A stretch of DNA of 36,260 bases from an uncultured Clostridia bacterium. GTDB lineage: Bacteria; Aerophobota; Aerophobia; Aerophobales; B3-G15. A program made the position numbers and the translations under genes. The stretch is taken from NCBI GenBank assembly GCA_964482715.1, contig CAYZYX010000018.1, positions 1 through 36,260 on the forward strand, given 5' to 3'. Each line of letters opens with the position of its first letter. Position 1 is the stretch's first letter. Under the pieces are notes generated by a model. The model was not told the origin of the DNA. It made no database searches and was given only the letters and a program-made list of their open reading frames with translations. Positions 9,174 through 18,172 of this stretch are shown here, one piece after another.

Positions 9174-9485
9174 TCACTTTGGAGAAGACTTTTTTCTCCA
9201 GGGTAAAATTCCTTCCTCCCAGGCTCTTCTTCCTATGATGTGAGAGGAGACAGGGCTTGTTATCAGGAAAAAGAGAGTGATTACCAGAATTCTGGCAGTT
9301 ATGGGAGTAAAGCCTTTTAAGAGCATTAAAGCTATAAATATAGAGACAACAGAAGTTACACCGCATTTAGATGAAGCCTGAAGGCGGGTATAAATATCGG
9401 GGAATTTAAGTACCCCTACATTTCCCAGGATACCAAAGAATATGCCCATAGCAAAAAATACGTATATAATTATTTTCAAAATCAC
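9174..9485 (-). CDS. mrpG: Mrp/Mnh subunit G
   Basis: GVLKFPDIYTRLQASSK and TSPVSSH motifs. Confidence 0.9.
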   Translation of the reverse strand: MILKIIIYVFFAMGIFFGILGNVGVLKFPDIYTRLQASSKCGVTSVVSIFIALMLLKGFTPITARILVITLFFLITSPVSSHIIGRRAWEEGILPWRKKSSPK

Positions 9486-9748
9486 TTTTGACCTCCAAGA
9501 TATCTGGCAATTGCCAGTATTCCTAAAAAGCCCAGTATGGCATAAACCAGGGCAACATCGAGATAGATAGAGCGATCAAATTTGACCGCTGTTATTACCA
9601 GAATTGCAAGCACCTGACTTACTGCAAGGTTAAGCCCGATAAGTCTATCTTCATGAGTTGGCCCAATTATCACCCTGATCATACTTAATACAGAAATAGC
9701 TATTAAAACAAAGATAACTACATCTAAAATGAGTAGATTCACATCCAA
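9482..9748 (-). CDS. mrpF: Mrp/Mnh subunit F (start possibly GTG 9742)
   Basis: RVIIGPT..DRL and YLDVALVYAILGF motifs. Confidence 0.9.
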   Translation of the reverse strand: MDVNLLILDVVIFVLIAISVLSMIRVIIGPTHEDRLIGLNLAVSQVLAILVITAVKFDRSIYLDVALVYAILGFLGILAIARYLGGQK

Positions 9749-10251
9749 ACTCTTCTAAGCCAGTTTTCGAAATGAGCCTTAATTAATCTGCCTGCATAGT
9801 GTGAATGGATAGTTTTGGCGTTTAACCAGTGAACAACAAGATGATCTTCGTCCAGGTCTAAAGTTAAAGTTCCAGGGGTCAGAGTAATTGAGTTAGCCAG
9901 AATTACCCGGGCAAGTTCTGATTTTAACCGGGTTCGAAAATGCACTATTCTTGGATTAATATTGCCTGTAATTATAGAGCCTGTCATCTTAAAGCTGGCA
10001 AGATATATTTTGAAAAGGAGGACAGCAACATAGATAAAAAGATAATAAACCCGTGGAATCAAACTTCGCCAGGCTACCTCCTCTTTTTCTATAAAGATAC
10101 TATAGGTGAGAAAGGCCACTCCCAAAGAAAAAACTCCTCCAAGAAAAAGCGAGAAGGGAGCAAAGGTTCCTGTAAACAACATCCAGCCAACCATTAAGTA
10201 AACTGCGGTAAGTACTATTCTTACGATTTTCCATTTTAATATGACATCCAT
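9739..10251 (-). CDS. mrpE: Mrp/Mnh subunit E
   Basis: LANSITLTPGTLT and LVVHW motifs. Confidence 0.9.
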   Translation of the reverse strand: MDVILKWKIVRIVLTAVYLMVGWMLFTGTFAPFSLFLGGVFSLGVAFLTYSIFIEKEEVAWRSLIPRVYYLFIYVAVLLFKIYLASFKMTGSIITGNINPRIVHFRTRLKSELARVILANSITLTPGTLTLDLDEDHLVVHWLNAKTIHSHYAGRLIKAHFENWLRRVWM

Positions 10252-10272
10252 AATTATAATTAACCTTCTTTT

Positions 10273-10740
10273 TCAACCTTCTTTTTCTTCCTGATTTTGG
10301 ATAATTTTTATCACTTCATCTTTATCTTTAGCCTCCATTAGTGCTTTCTTAAATCGAGTGTTATGCAAAAGACGGGAAAGTCTACAGAGTATTTTAAGGT
10401 GAAGTCTGGCGTCTTGTTTGGGGCCAAGTAATAAAAATACAAGGTTTACCGGCTGTTCATCGATGGCATCAAATTTTATTCCTTGCTTTTTTCTACCAAA
10501 TGCCATTATTGTTTGGGGAATTTCTTCCATCATTATATGAGGGATAGCAATCCCACCTCCTATTCCTGTGGTTCCCATTTTTTCCCTTTCTATAAGAGCC
10601 TGTTGAATTTTGTCAGGATTTTTTATTTTGTGAGTTTTAAAAAGAAGATCAACAAGTTCTTCAATAGTATCTTTTTTTCGTTTACCCTGAAGATTTAACT
10701 TAATACACTGAGGGTCTAAAATATCGGAAAGCTTAACCAT
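10273..10740 (-). CDS. Stand-alone PTS EIIA domain protein (Fru/Mtl/Ntr type)
   Basis: EREKMGTTGIGGGIAIPH with the phospho-His; FDAIDEQPV; HLKIL. Confidence 0.9.
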   Translation of the reverse strand: MVKLSDILDPQCIKLNLQGKRKKDTIEELVDLLFKTHKIKNPDKIQQALIEREKMGTTGIGGGIAIPHIMMEEIPQTIMAFGRKKQGIKFDAIDEQPVNLVFLLLGPKQDARLHLKILCRLSRLLHNTRFKKALMEAKDKDEVIKIIQNQEEKEG

Positions 10741-10744
10741 TTAT

Positions 10745-11086
10745 TTATTCCTCCTCCTGAATCAACCCTTTCACATAATCAACAGGTATGGTGAAGAGGA
10801 TACCGGTTCCAGGATCGGACAGCTTCCCGCATATTTTCTCGATTAACTCTTCGACCACCTTAATCTTTTCCTCTTTATCAACAACTGAAAAGATGGTTTT
10901 GTTGTAAGGTTTGTTTCCTCTCATAAATTCCCTAAAATCTGCAAAGAGAGGGACCTCGTATGTTAAAAATCTCCCCATTCCCTCGCTATCCAGAATTGTG
11001 GCACCAGTAATTCCTGCCTCTACAAATGCTTCTAACACCTCTTCCAAAAGTTCTTCCTTATTAAGAACAAAAACAAGCAGCTTCAT
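10745..11086 (-). CDS. PII-like (GlnB-fold) protein, non-canonical
   Basis: 113 aa; GITGATILDSEGMG and PGTGILFTIPV loops; lacks the canonical GlnB/K T-loop sequence. Confidence 0.8.
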   Translation of the reverse strand: MKLLVFVLNKEELLEEVLEAFVEAGITGATILDSEGMGRFLTYEVPLFADFREFMRGNKPYNKTIFSVVDKEEKIKVVEELIEKICGKLSDPGTGILFTIPVDYVKGLIQEEE

Positions 11087-11103
11087 CTCTTTTTATTTAC
11101 ACT

Positions 11104-11131
11104 ATTTTACTAATGAAGTCAAACTAATCAA
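11104..11131 (-). promoter_or_regulatory. Possible promoter of the PII-EIIA-mrp operon
   Basis: Minus strand TTGATT-N16-TAAAAT. Confidence 0.4.
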
Positions 11132-11175
11132 ACTATAGTAAAACTTTTCAATTTTAGAGTCGGATGTCTGATCGT

Positions 11176-12417
11176 TTAAGGAGGGGTCATGGTGAATATC
11201 TTGCGAGCTATTTCAGGATATTTGGCAATAAATCTCAATTCGTCTTCTACCAGAGGTTTCTGATTATGGACATTGGCGTAACGAACCAGTTCCAGAATTT
11301 CTGTTGCCTCTTTCTCATTTTTGAATTCTACCTCCAGCCTTTCGTAGACATTTCTAAATCCTTTAATCCCGCTGTACTCACCTACAGTTATCTTGCGACC
11401 TGTCTCGATAATTTCAGGTTCTCCTCGTCCAAGCTCTTCGAAATCGTAAAGTTCATAGTTTCTTCTGTCTTTTAGGGCTCCATCAGCGTGGATACCCGAT
11501 TCATGAGCAAAAGCGTTTGCTCCGACCCCGGGTTGATTTATAGGAATAGGTATTCCAAAAGCATAAGAAGCGTACTTACAGATTCTCCAGGCCATTTTCA
11601 GATTTATTTTTTCATCCAGAACGTAATTTCCCTGAGCCTCACTTGCGTATTTTATAGCTAATATAACAGCCACTAAATCAGCATTTCCAGCACGTTCACC
11701 CATTCCGTTTACACAGGTATTGATGTAAGAATCCACTCCAGCATCATTAGCGGCCATCGCACCACAGATGGAGGTTGCCACCGCCATCCCAAGATCGTTA
11801 TGACAGTGAAGTTCTATAGGGAGTTTCACTTCTTCAGCAAGTGTTTTTACTCTTTTATATATAGAAAAAGGACTATCGTAGCCCAGAGTATCACAGTAAC
11901 GGATTCTATCGGCTCCGGCCTCTTTAGCTGCCAGAGCAAACTCAATAAGGTAGTTTATATTAGTCCTTGATGCATCTTCAGCATTAACTCCGATGGTTTT
12001 GGCACCCATGGTTCGTGCCAGCCTGACTGCAGCTATCATCTCGCGTATCACTGCTTCATGATCTAACTTTCCCTTAAATTTATGAATGATCATCTGATCA
12101 GAGGTGGAAATGGATAAGTTTAAATGTTCTATCTCTGGAACGAGTTTGAATGCTTCTTCTACATCTCTTCTGATCGCCCTTATCCATCCTCCAAGACGCA
12201 TTTCTCCAAAGGCTCCCATTTTGGCAAGTTCCAGATTGGCGTTGAGATAGTTTGTTTCGTGGTGAGTTACAGGAAAACCAAACTCTGATTGGAATACACC
12301 CATTTGAGAGAGATAGAGATTGATCATTGTTTTTTGCAATTTTGAGAGGCATATTCTGGAGGTCTGAACGCCGTCCCTGTTGGTCACATCAATTATATAG
12401 ATCTTGTTTTTTGCCAT
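11176..12417 (-). CDS. DRE-TIM acetyl-CoA condensing enzyme: homocitrate synthase family, probably Re-citrate synthase
   Basis: DVTNRDGVQ, CDTLG, HCHNDLGMA, NGMGERAGNA, FAHESGIHADG; no LeuA regulatory domain. Confidence 0.8.
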   Translation of the reverse strand: MAKNKIYIIDVTNRDGVQTSRICLSKLQKTMINLYLSQMGVFQSEFGFPVTHHETNYLNANLELAKMGAFGEMRLGGWIRAIRRDVEEAFKLVPEIEHLNLSISTSDQMIIHKFKGKLDHEAVIREMIAAVRLARTMGAKTIGVNAEDASRTNINYLIEFALAAKEAGADRIRYCDTLGYDSPFSIYKRVKTLAEEVKLPIELHCHNDLGMAVATSICGAMAANDAGVDSYINTCVNGMGERAGNADLVAVILAIKYASEAQGNYVLDEKINLKMAWRICKYASYAFGIPIPINQPGVGANAFAHESGIHADGALKDRRNYELYDFEELGRGEPEIIETGRKITVGEYSGIKGFRNVYERLEVEFKNEKEATEILELVRYANVHNQKPLVEDELRFIAKYPEIARKIFTMTPP

Positions 12418-12464
12418 CCCTCTTTTCCTCCTTTTTGCTTAGAAATTTGGCCAAACAAAAATTA

Positions 12465-12536
12465 AATAAAAATAAAAAGCCAACATCATTTGATTGGTTA
12501 TGTGTGATTCTTTTGTTCGTAATTTGATGTTGGCTT
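12465..12536 (-). terminator. Leader terminator/attenuator-like hairpin upstream of the synthase
   Basis: Perfect 12-bp inverted repeat (12477-12488 / 12525-12536), 36-nt loop, followed on the minus strand by TTTATTTTTATTT. Confidence 0.55.
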
Positions 12537-12573
12537 GTCCTCTCTCCAGTCTAAAGTCAAATAACCTGAAATT

Positions 12574-12601
12574 ACTATATTCGAAAAAGGAAAATGGTCA
12601 A
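12574..12601 (-). promoter_or_regulatory. Sigma70-type promoter of the synthase leader
   Basis: Minus strand TTGACC-N16-TATAGT. Confidence 0.5.
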
Positions 12602-12642
12602 CCTTTTTGTTTTTTTCAGGTTCGGTAAGGATAGGAAAAAAT

Positions 12643-12671
12643 TTGACATTTAATAGATAAAGAATTATTAT
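12643..12671 (+). promoter_or_regulatory. Sigma70-type promoter of the sugar ABC operon
   Basis: TTGACA-N17-TATTAT. Confidence 0.6.
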
Positions 12672-12870
12672 TCTTCAAGAAAGAAATAATAGTAGAGGCA
12701 TGTTAGATATTTTCTCTTAATTTTTTATTTTAAAAAAGCTTAAAAATAGAGTTTGAGAAAGGGGGTGATAGGGTATTATTAAAGCAAGGGTTATCAATTA
12801 TACGAGAGGCAGGGGGTTATAGCAATAAGAGGGTTATTTTTAAAATTAATAATGATAGGGGGTTAAAATA

Positions 12871-13911
12871 ATGATAGGAAAAAAACTTCAGTTTAAGGTG
12901 GTGATGGTAAGTATTTTTCTCATCACTCTATGTGGTCTTTTTGGATCGCCACTTATAGCCTCTCCAAGGTACTCGGTTTATTTATTTGAAGTTGGGTTTG
13001 ATAATCCTTATTTTATAGGGCATATTCATGGTGCTCAGGATGCCGCAGCGAAATACCCTGATCTTGACTTAGTTATACTTGACGGTAGAAATGATCCAGG
13101 AACCCAGGCAACCCAAGTTATCCAAGCTATAGCTAAAGGTGTAGATGCTATTTTGCTTAACCCTATAACGAGTGATGCACTTGTTCCAGCAGCCAGGGAA
13201 GCCATGCAAAACGGAATTCCGGTATTTTGTACAGATAGGGATATCGCAGATCCAAAATGGAGAATTGCTGCTGTTGGCTCTGATCAAAGATTGATTGGAA
13301 GAATAGCAGCAGATTATGCTGTGAAATTTTTGGAAAAATCCGGAATACCTAAACCATGGAGAATAGTAATACTTGAGGGATTAGCAGGAGCTTTGGCAAA
13401 TACAGAAAGAACCTCTGGTTGGTATGATATTTTAAATCCTTTAATCGAAAAAGGAGATATAGAAATAGTTGCTGATGTACCTGCAGATTGGGCAAGAGAA
13501 CCAGCAGTTAGAAAAATGAATCAAATTCTTGTAAAAACGAAAGATATCGATCTAATTTTAGCATCAAATGATGAAGAAGCAGCGGGAGCAATAGTTGCCC
13601 TAAAAGCAGCAGGAATTACTCCAAATAGAGATGTTTATCTGGTTGGTGTGGATGCCTCGCCAGTTGGACTTCAGTTAATAAAGGATGGAGAGTTACTTGC
13701 TACAGTAGCGCATCAAGCTTATCTACAGGGTTACTGGGGAGTTGAAATGATAATGAAGTATCTTGAGAAGGGAATTAAACCTCCTGAGGGTAAGTGGCCT
13801 AACAACTACATTATTACTGAGAATTTTATGGTTGATAAAACTAATGTTCATGATGTAGGACCATTTGGAGAACCTGCTAAAAAAGGTCCTGTGGCTCCTT
13901 TACCTTATTGA
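12871..13911 (+). CDS. Sugar ABC transporter substrate-binding protein (RbsB-like)
   Basis: Signal peptide; DNPYF, GVDAILLNP, GIPVFCTDR, ASNDEEA, LVGVDA motifs. Confidence 0.9.
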   Translation: MIGKKLQFKVVMVSIFLITLCGLFGSPLIASPRYSVYLFEVGFDNPYFIGHIHGAQDAAAKYPDLDLVILDGRNDPGTQATQVIQAIAKGVDAILLNPITSDALVPAAREAMQNGIPVFCTDRDIADPKWRIAAVGSDQRLIGRIAADYAVKFLEKSGIPKPWRIVILEGLAGALANTERTSGWYDILNPLIEKGDIEIVADVPADWAREPAVRKMNQILVKTKDIDLILASNDEEAAGAIVALKAAGITPNRDVYLVGVDASPVGLQLIKDGELLATVAHQAYLQGYWGVEMIMKYLEKGIKPPEGKWPNNYIITENFMVDKTNVHDVGPFGEPAKKGPVAPLPY

Positions 13912-13955
13912 TTATGTACGAGTTTGATGGCCAAATTTAGTAAATAGGAAGTAAA

Positions 13956-13984
13956 AAAAGGAGGGCAATTAATGCCCTCCTTTT
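13956..13984 (+). terminator. Intercistronic hairpin after the binding-protein gene (terminator or mRNA stabiliser)
   Basis: AAAAGGAGGGCA-ATTAA-TGCCCTCCTTTT perfect stem. Confidence 0.75.
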
Positions 13985-14003
13985 AAATGTGGAGTACAAT
14001 CGG

Positions 14004-14771
14004 ATGAGCGAATTGAAGCCAATTGTAGAAATGGTTAAAGTATGTAAGTATTTTGGAGCCATTAGAGCGTTGGAAAATGTAAATTTAAAGCTTTTTCATC
14101 AAGAGATCTTGGGTTTAGTAGGGGACAATGCAGCTGGTAAATCTACTCTTCTTAAGATACTCGCAGGTGTTTATACACCAGATAAAGGTGAGTTGTTTAT
14201 CGAGGGTAAGAGAGTGCATATTCAAAATCCAATGGATTCTAGAAGACTGGGTATAGAGACAGTTTATCAAGATTTTATGTTAGCCCCAAATCTTGATATT
14301 GTAGCAAATATATTTTTAGGAAGAGAAATCACTAAATGGGGAAAGTTATCAAAACTCAATAAAAAGGAGATGGAGAAAAGGGCGGTTGATGTTTTGAAAA
14401 ACGAGTTAAATATTGACTTAGGCTCTCTTAACACTTTAGTTATGTCACTATCGGGAGGACAACAGCAAATAGTAGCTATTGCCAGGGCTCTTCTATATAA
14501 GCCTAAAGTTATCCTTATGGATGAGCCAACTGCCAGTTTGTCAGTTCGAGCTATTGAACCTTTTTTAGAGTTGGTAAAAGGACTTAGAGAGAAAGGTTCC
14601 TCCATAATCTATGTTAGTCATAGATTACCAGATGTACTCTCCATATCTGATAGAATTATAGTTTTGCGAGCGGGAAGATTGGTAGCAGAGAGAAAAAGAA
14701 AAGACACAAATCTCGAAGAGATCGTTAATTTTATGTTAGGTATTGAGAATAAAAACGATAGAAAAGTTTAG
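14004..14771 (+). CDS. Sugar ABC transporter ATP-binding protein (single domain)
   Basis: GDNAAGKST, LSGGQQQ, ILMDEPT, VSH; ATG 14004 has a GGAG SD. Confidence 0.9.
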   Translation: MSELKPIVEMVKVCKYFGAIRALENVNLKLFHQEILGLVGDNAAGKSTLLKILAGVYTPDKGELFIEGKRVHIQNPMDSRRLGIETVYQDFMLAPNLDIVANIFLGREITKWGKLSKLNKKEMEKRAVDVLKNELNIDLGSLNTLVMSLSGGQQQIVAIARALLYKPKVILMDEPTASLSVRAIEPFLELVKGLREKGSSIIYVSHRLPDVLSISDRIIVLRAGRLVAERKRKDTNLEEIVNFMLGIENKNDRKV

Positions 14772-14810
14772 CGAGGCGTGAAGTAGATAAAAAGCCGAGG
14801 TTTACAAGAA

Positions 14811-15818
14811 GTGAATACGCAAAGAAAAGCAAATATCTATCCTGAGTTTGTTGGTTTAAAAGAGTTCATTCGAACTATAAGTAAGAGTGTTTACTTTAAG
14901 CCGGTATTGTTTTTAATAATAGCTGTTAGTATTGCCGGAATTCTATCCCCTTATTTTCTTACTATCAGAAATATAAGGGCAATTTTAATTTCAGCAGCTC
15001 CTTTGATGATTATAGCTGTAGGTGAAGCGATGGTTGTTTTGACCGGGATGATTGATTTAAGTCCAGAGTCTGTCTTGGCTTCAAGTGGTGTGGTTATAGC
15101 TACTCTGGATATTATTATGGGAATCCCGGTTTACCTGTCTATACCCATCACTTTGGCATATGGTGTGATAATTGGTTTAGCTAATGGATTTTTAGTAGTT
15201 AGAGCAAAAATTCCATCTTTCGTTGTGACACTGGGTATGTATTGGGGGCTGAGAGGTTTGGCAATGGTTATAAGTGGTGGATATCCAATTTCTCCCTCTT
15301 CAGTTTCCCCTACAAAGCCTTTAGGTTTTGAATTTGTTGCAGGTAATATTGGTAACATTCCAATAATGGTTATAATTGCTATTGCGATTGCTATGTTTTT
15401 CCATGTGTACATATCCGAATTTAAGATTGGAAGGAATATTTATGCTATAGGTGGTAATGAACTTGCGGCACGTAACTGTGGAATAAATGCAGATGGAACT
15501 AAGATCTTTGTTTTTGTTGTTTCAGGACTTATGGGAGCAACAGCGGGAATAATAATGACCGCTTGGATTAACCAGGCCTATGCTTGGACTGCTCAAGGGT
15601 TTAGTCTTCAGGCCATTGCCGCTGTAGTACTGGGTGGAATACCATTTATAGGTGGTTTTGGTACAATAATCGGGGTGATGATCGGTTCTTTTATTATAGC
15701 AATGATTTCTGATATTATTGTACTTGTTGGAGTATCACCTTTATATAATTATATTGTGGTTGCTATAGTCTTAGTATTAGCTGGTCTTCAGGTAAGAAGG
15801 GGAACATTTGTTAAATAA
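14811..15818 (+). CDS. Sugar ABC transporter permease (RbsC-like)
   Basis: IDLS, IPSFVVTLG, GRNIYAIGGNELAA, AIAAVVLGG. Confidence 0.9.
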   Translation: MNTQRKANIYPEFVGLKEFIRTISKSVYFKPVLFLIIAVSIAGILSPYFLTIRNIRAILISAAPLMIIAVGEAMVVLTGMIDLSPESVLASSGVVIATLDIIMGIPVYLSIPITLAYGVIIGLANGFLVVRAKIPSFVVTLGMYWGLRGLAMVISGGYPISPSSVSPTKPLGFEFVAGNIGNIPIMVIIAIAIAMFFHVYISEFKIGRNIYAIGGNELAARNCGINADGTKIFVFVVSGLMGATAGIIMTAWINQAYAWTAQGFSLQAIAAVVLGGIPFIGGFGTIIGVMIGSFIIAMISDIIVLVGVSPLYNYIVVAIVLVLAGLQVRRGTFVK

Positions 15819-15834
15819 AAATAGGAGTCTAAAA

Positions 15835-17274
15835 ATGAAAAAAATAAAAATAGGATTAGTGGGAGTTTACCTTACAAAATTTAATGTTTCTTTAGCTTTA
15901 AACGAATATCAGAGGGCTATTAGAGCATTAGAAAAATTATCCCGAGAGACGGGGATTTTTGATTTTTATCCCATACCAAAACCTCTTATTTCCAAGGAAG
16001 AGGCGATTAAAGCTCAGAGACAAATGGAAGAACAAAATTTAGATTTTCTTATTATTCATCATTCTTCTTTTTCGTCAGGAGAAATTATCTTACCTCTGGC
16101 TGAAATAGATACCTACTTAGGTATGTGGGCAATTCCTGAGCCAACCGAGGAAGGACCGTTACCCTTAGGCTCTCTTGTAGGAGTAAACATGTATGCAAGT
16201 ATTCTGGGCCATTATCTCAGGGACTATAAAATTCGTTTTAAATGGTTCTTTGGTAGTCCAGAGAGTGAAACATTTATTGAGAGTTTTAAAGTGACCTTAA
16301 AAGCAATAAGGACCATAAAATCCCTAAGAGATTCTCGTATAGGTTTGATAGGAGGTATTGCTCAGGGATTCTATGATCTTTATTTTGACGAAAGAAGGCT
16401 TCGCTCTATTTATGGGGTGTCTGTTTATACACACGAACTTTCAGAAGTACTGAAGAAGGCCGAGAGTTATTCTGAAAATAAAATAGGAAGATTGATAGAA
16501 GATATAAAGACTGAGGGACAAAGTAAAAATATAGATAAGAAATATTTTGAAAAAGCTGCCCGAGTTTACTTAGCATTAGAAGAAATATCCAGAGAAAATG
16601 GATATGAAGCTTTGGCTATTAGTTGTTGGCCAAAATTTCAGGATGAGTATGAATTTGCTCCTTGTTCGACTATAGGTCGTTTAAATCAAAACGGTATTGT
16701 GGCAGCTTGTGAAGGAGATATACTTGGTGCCTTGAGTATGTTAATTTTAAATTATCTGAATGACAATAAATATCCTGTAACTATTATGGATCTACCAAAG
16801 TTTGATATGAAGGATGATTCTCTTCTTCTCTGGCACTGTGGTCCTTCTGCTCAATGGTGGGCAAATGATAAAGGTATGACCTACTGCACTCATTTCAATT
16901 TAGGAGTAAGAAGACCCGATGGCTCCTTTCAAAAAGTAGGAATAGTTAATGACTTAATCTTCAAAGAGCAGGATGTCACAATTATGCGGATAGTTAATGA
17001 TGGCACAAGAATGCTTTTGACCACTGGAAGAACGATAGATCAAAACAAGAAAAGTTATGATGGAAGTAGAGGCTGGTTAGGTGAAGTTAGAATGATAAAT
17101 AAGAAAGTTTCGGCTTTAGATTTTGTTAATACTGTTATTGTATATAGACTTCCACATCATTTCCCTCTTGCTTTAGGGAATCTTGGAGATGAACTGATGG
17201 AGATTTCTTCTTGGTTGGGAGTGGAGCCTCTGGAACCGGTACCTTATCGTAAATATATGCAAAATCCTCGTTAA
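15835..17274 (+). CDS. L-fucose/L-arabinose isomerase family protein
   Basis: AISCWP, CEGD, TIMD, LWHCG, HHF motifs; ATG 15835 has an AGGAG SD. Confidence 0.8.
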   Translation: MKKIKIGLVGVYLTKFNVSLALNEYQRAIRALEKLSRETGIFDFYPIPKPLISKEEAIKAQRQMEEQNLDFLIIHHSSFSSGEIILPLAEIDTYLGMWAIPEPTEEGPLPLGSLVGVNMYASILGHYLRDYKIRFKWFFGSPESETFIESFKVTLKAIRTIKSLRDSRIGLIGGIAQGFYDLYFDERRLRSIYGVSVYTHELSEVLKKAESYSENKIGRLIEDIKTEGQSKNIDKKYFEKAARVYLALEEISRENGYEALAISCWPKFQDEYEFAPCSTIGRLNQNGIVAACEGDILGALSMLILNYLNDNKYPVTIMDLPKFDMKDDSLLLWHCGPSAQWWANDKGMTYCTHFNLGVRRPDGSFQKVGIVNDLIFKEQDVTIMRIVNDGTRMLLTTGRTIDQNKKSYDGSRGWLGEVRMINKKVSALDFVNTVIVYRLPHHFPLALGNLGDELMEISSWLGVEPLEPVPYRKYMQNPR

Positions 17275-17299
17275 AGAAGCGAGCATTAGGGAGGTGATT

Positions 17300-18172
17300 A
17301 TGTTCAAAATAGGTATAATAACAGATCAGGTAAGCATGGATTTTGAAGAAGCTTTGCAGATTATCAAAGAATTTGGTGTGAGATATATTGAAATTCACTC
17401 TTTGTGGAATAAGACTATAGAGGAGCTGACAGAAGAAGAAGCAAATCAAGCCCAAAAGCTTGTTAAAAAATTTGGTTTCACTGTATCCAATATTTCTTCA
17501 ACTCTTTTTCTTATGTGTCCTCTTCAAGAGCATAAAAAGGAATTAAAGATTTTTGATGAACATTTTATTACTAAAATAGGAAACTATGAGGAACACTTAA
17601 AAGCCTTAGAATATTGTATAGAATTGTGCAGACTGTTTGGTACTGATAAGATTCGTATTTTTGGTTTTCGGAAAGAAGAAGATCTTGACAAAGATACAGC
17701 AATAAAGTTAATTGTAGAGAAACTTCGACAACCGGTAGAATTGGCCGAGAAAAGAAAGATAACACTAATATTGGAAAATTGCCCCCATACTTATTTGGAA
17801 ACTGGATCGCTTACTAAACAGGTAATACAAAAGATAAACTCCAAGAGTCTTAAAGCCTTATGGGATCCAGGAAATGCCTTCCGTTCAGGGAAAGCTCCAT
17901 ATCCTGATGATTACAATAACATAAAAAGTTATATTTCCCATATTCACCTTAAGGATTTTGTGATAACGGATTCAATTTATCAGCCTGTTGCTATAGGTAA
18001 AGGCAACATAAACTACAGAGATATTATAAGAAATCTGATTGTCGATAACTATGAGGGTGTAATATCATTAGAACCTGAGTATAAAGATGAAACAGGTGGT
18101 GGAGCGGAGAGTACAAAGCAGTGTCTTACAGGGATGAAACAAATAATAAATTCTTTAAATATTGAAATTTAA
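17300..18172 (+). CDS. Sugar phosphate isomerase/epimerase (xylose-isomerase-like TIM barrel)
   Basis: LILEN, WDPGN, HIHLKD, ISLE metal ligands; GGAGGTG SD. Confidence 0.85.
   Translation: MFKIGIITDQVSMDFEEALQIIKEFGVRYIEIHSLWNKTIEELTEEEANQAQKLVKKFGFTVSNISSTLFLMCPLQEHKKELKIFDEHFITKIGNYEEHLKALEYCIELCRLFGTDKIRIFGFRKEEDLDKDTAIKLIVEKLRQPVELAEKRKITLILENCPHTYLETGSLTKQVIQKINSKSLKALWDPGNAFRSGKAPYPDDYNNIKSYISHIHLKDFVITDSIYQPVAIGKGNINYRDIIRNLIVDNYEGVISLEPEYKDETGGGAESTKQCLTGMKQIINSLNIEI

Noticed and set aside
12497-12559. 20-codon TTG-initiated leader peptide in the synthase leader
   Set aside because: Weak, badly spaced SD and no amino-acid enrichment typical of ribosome-mediated attenuators.
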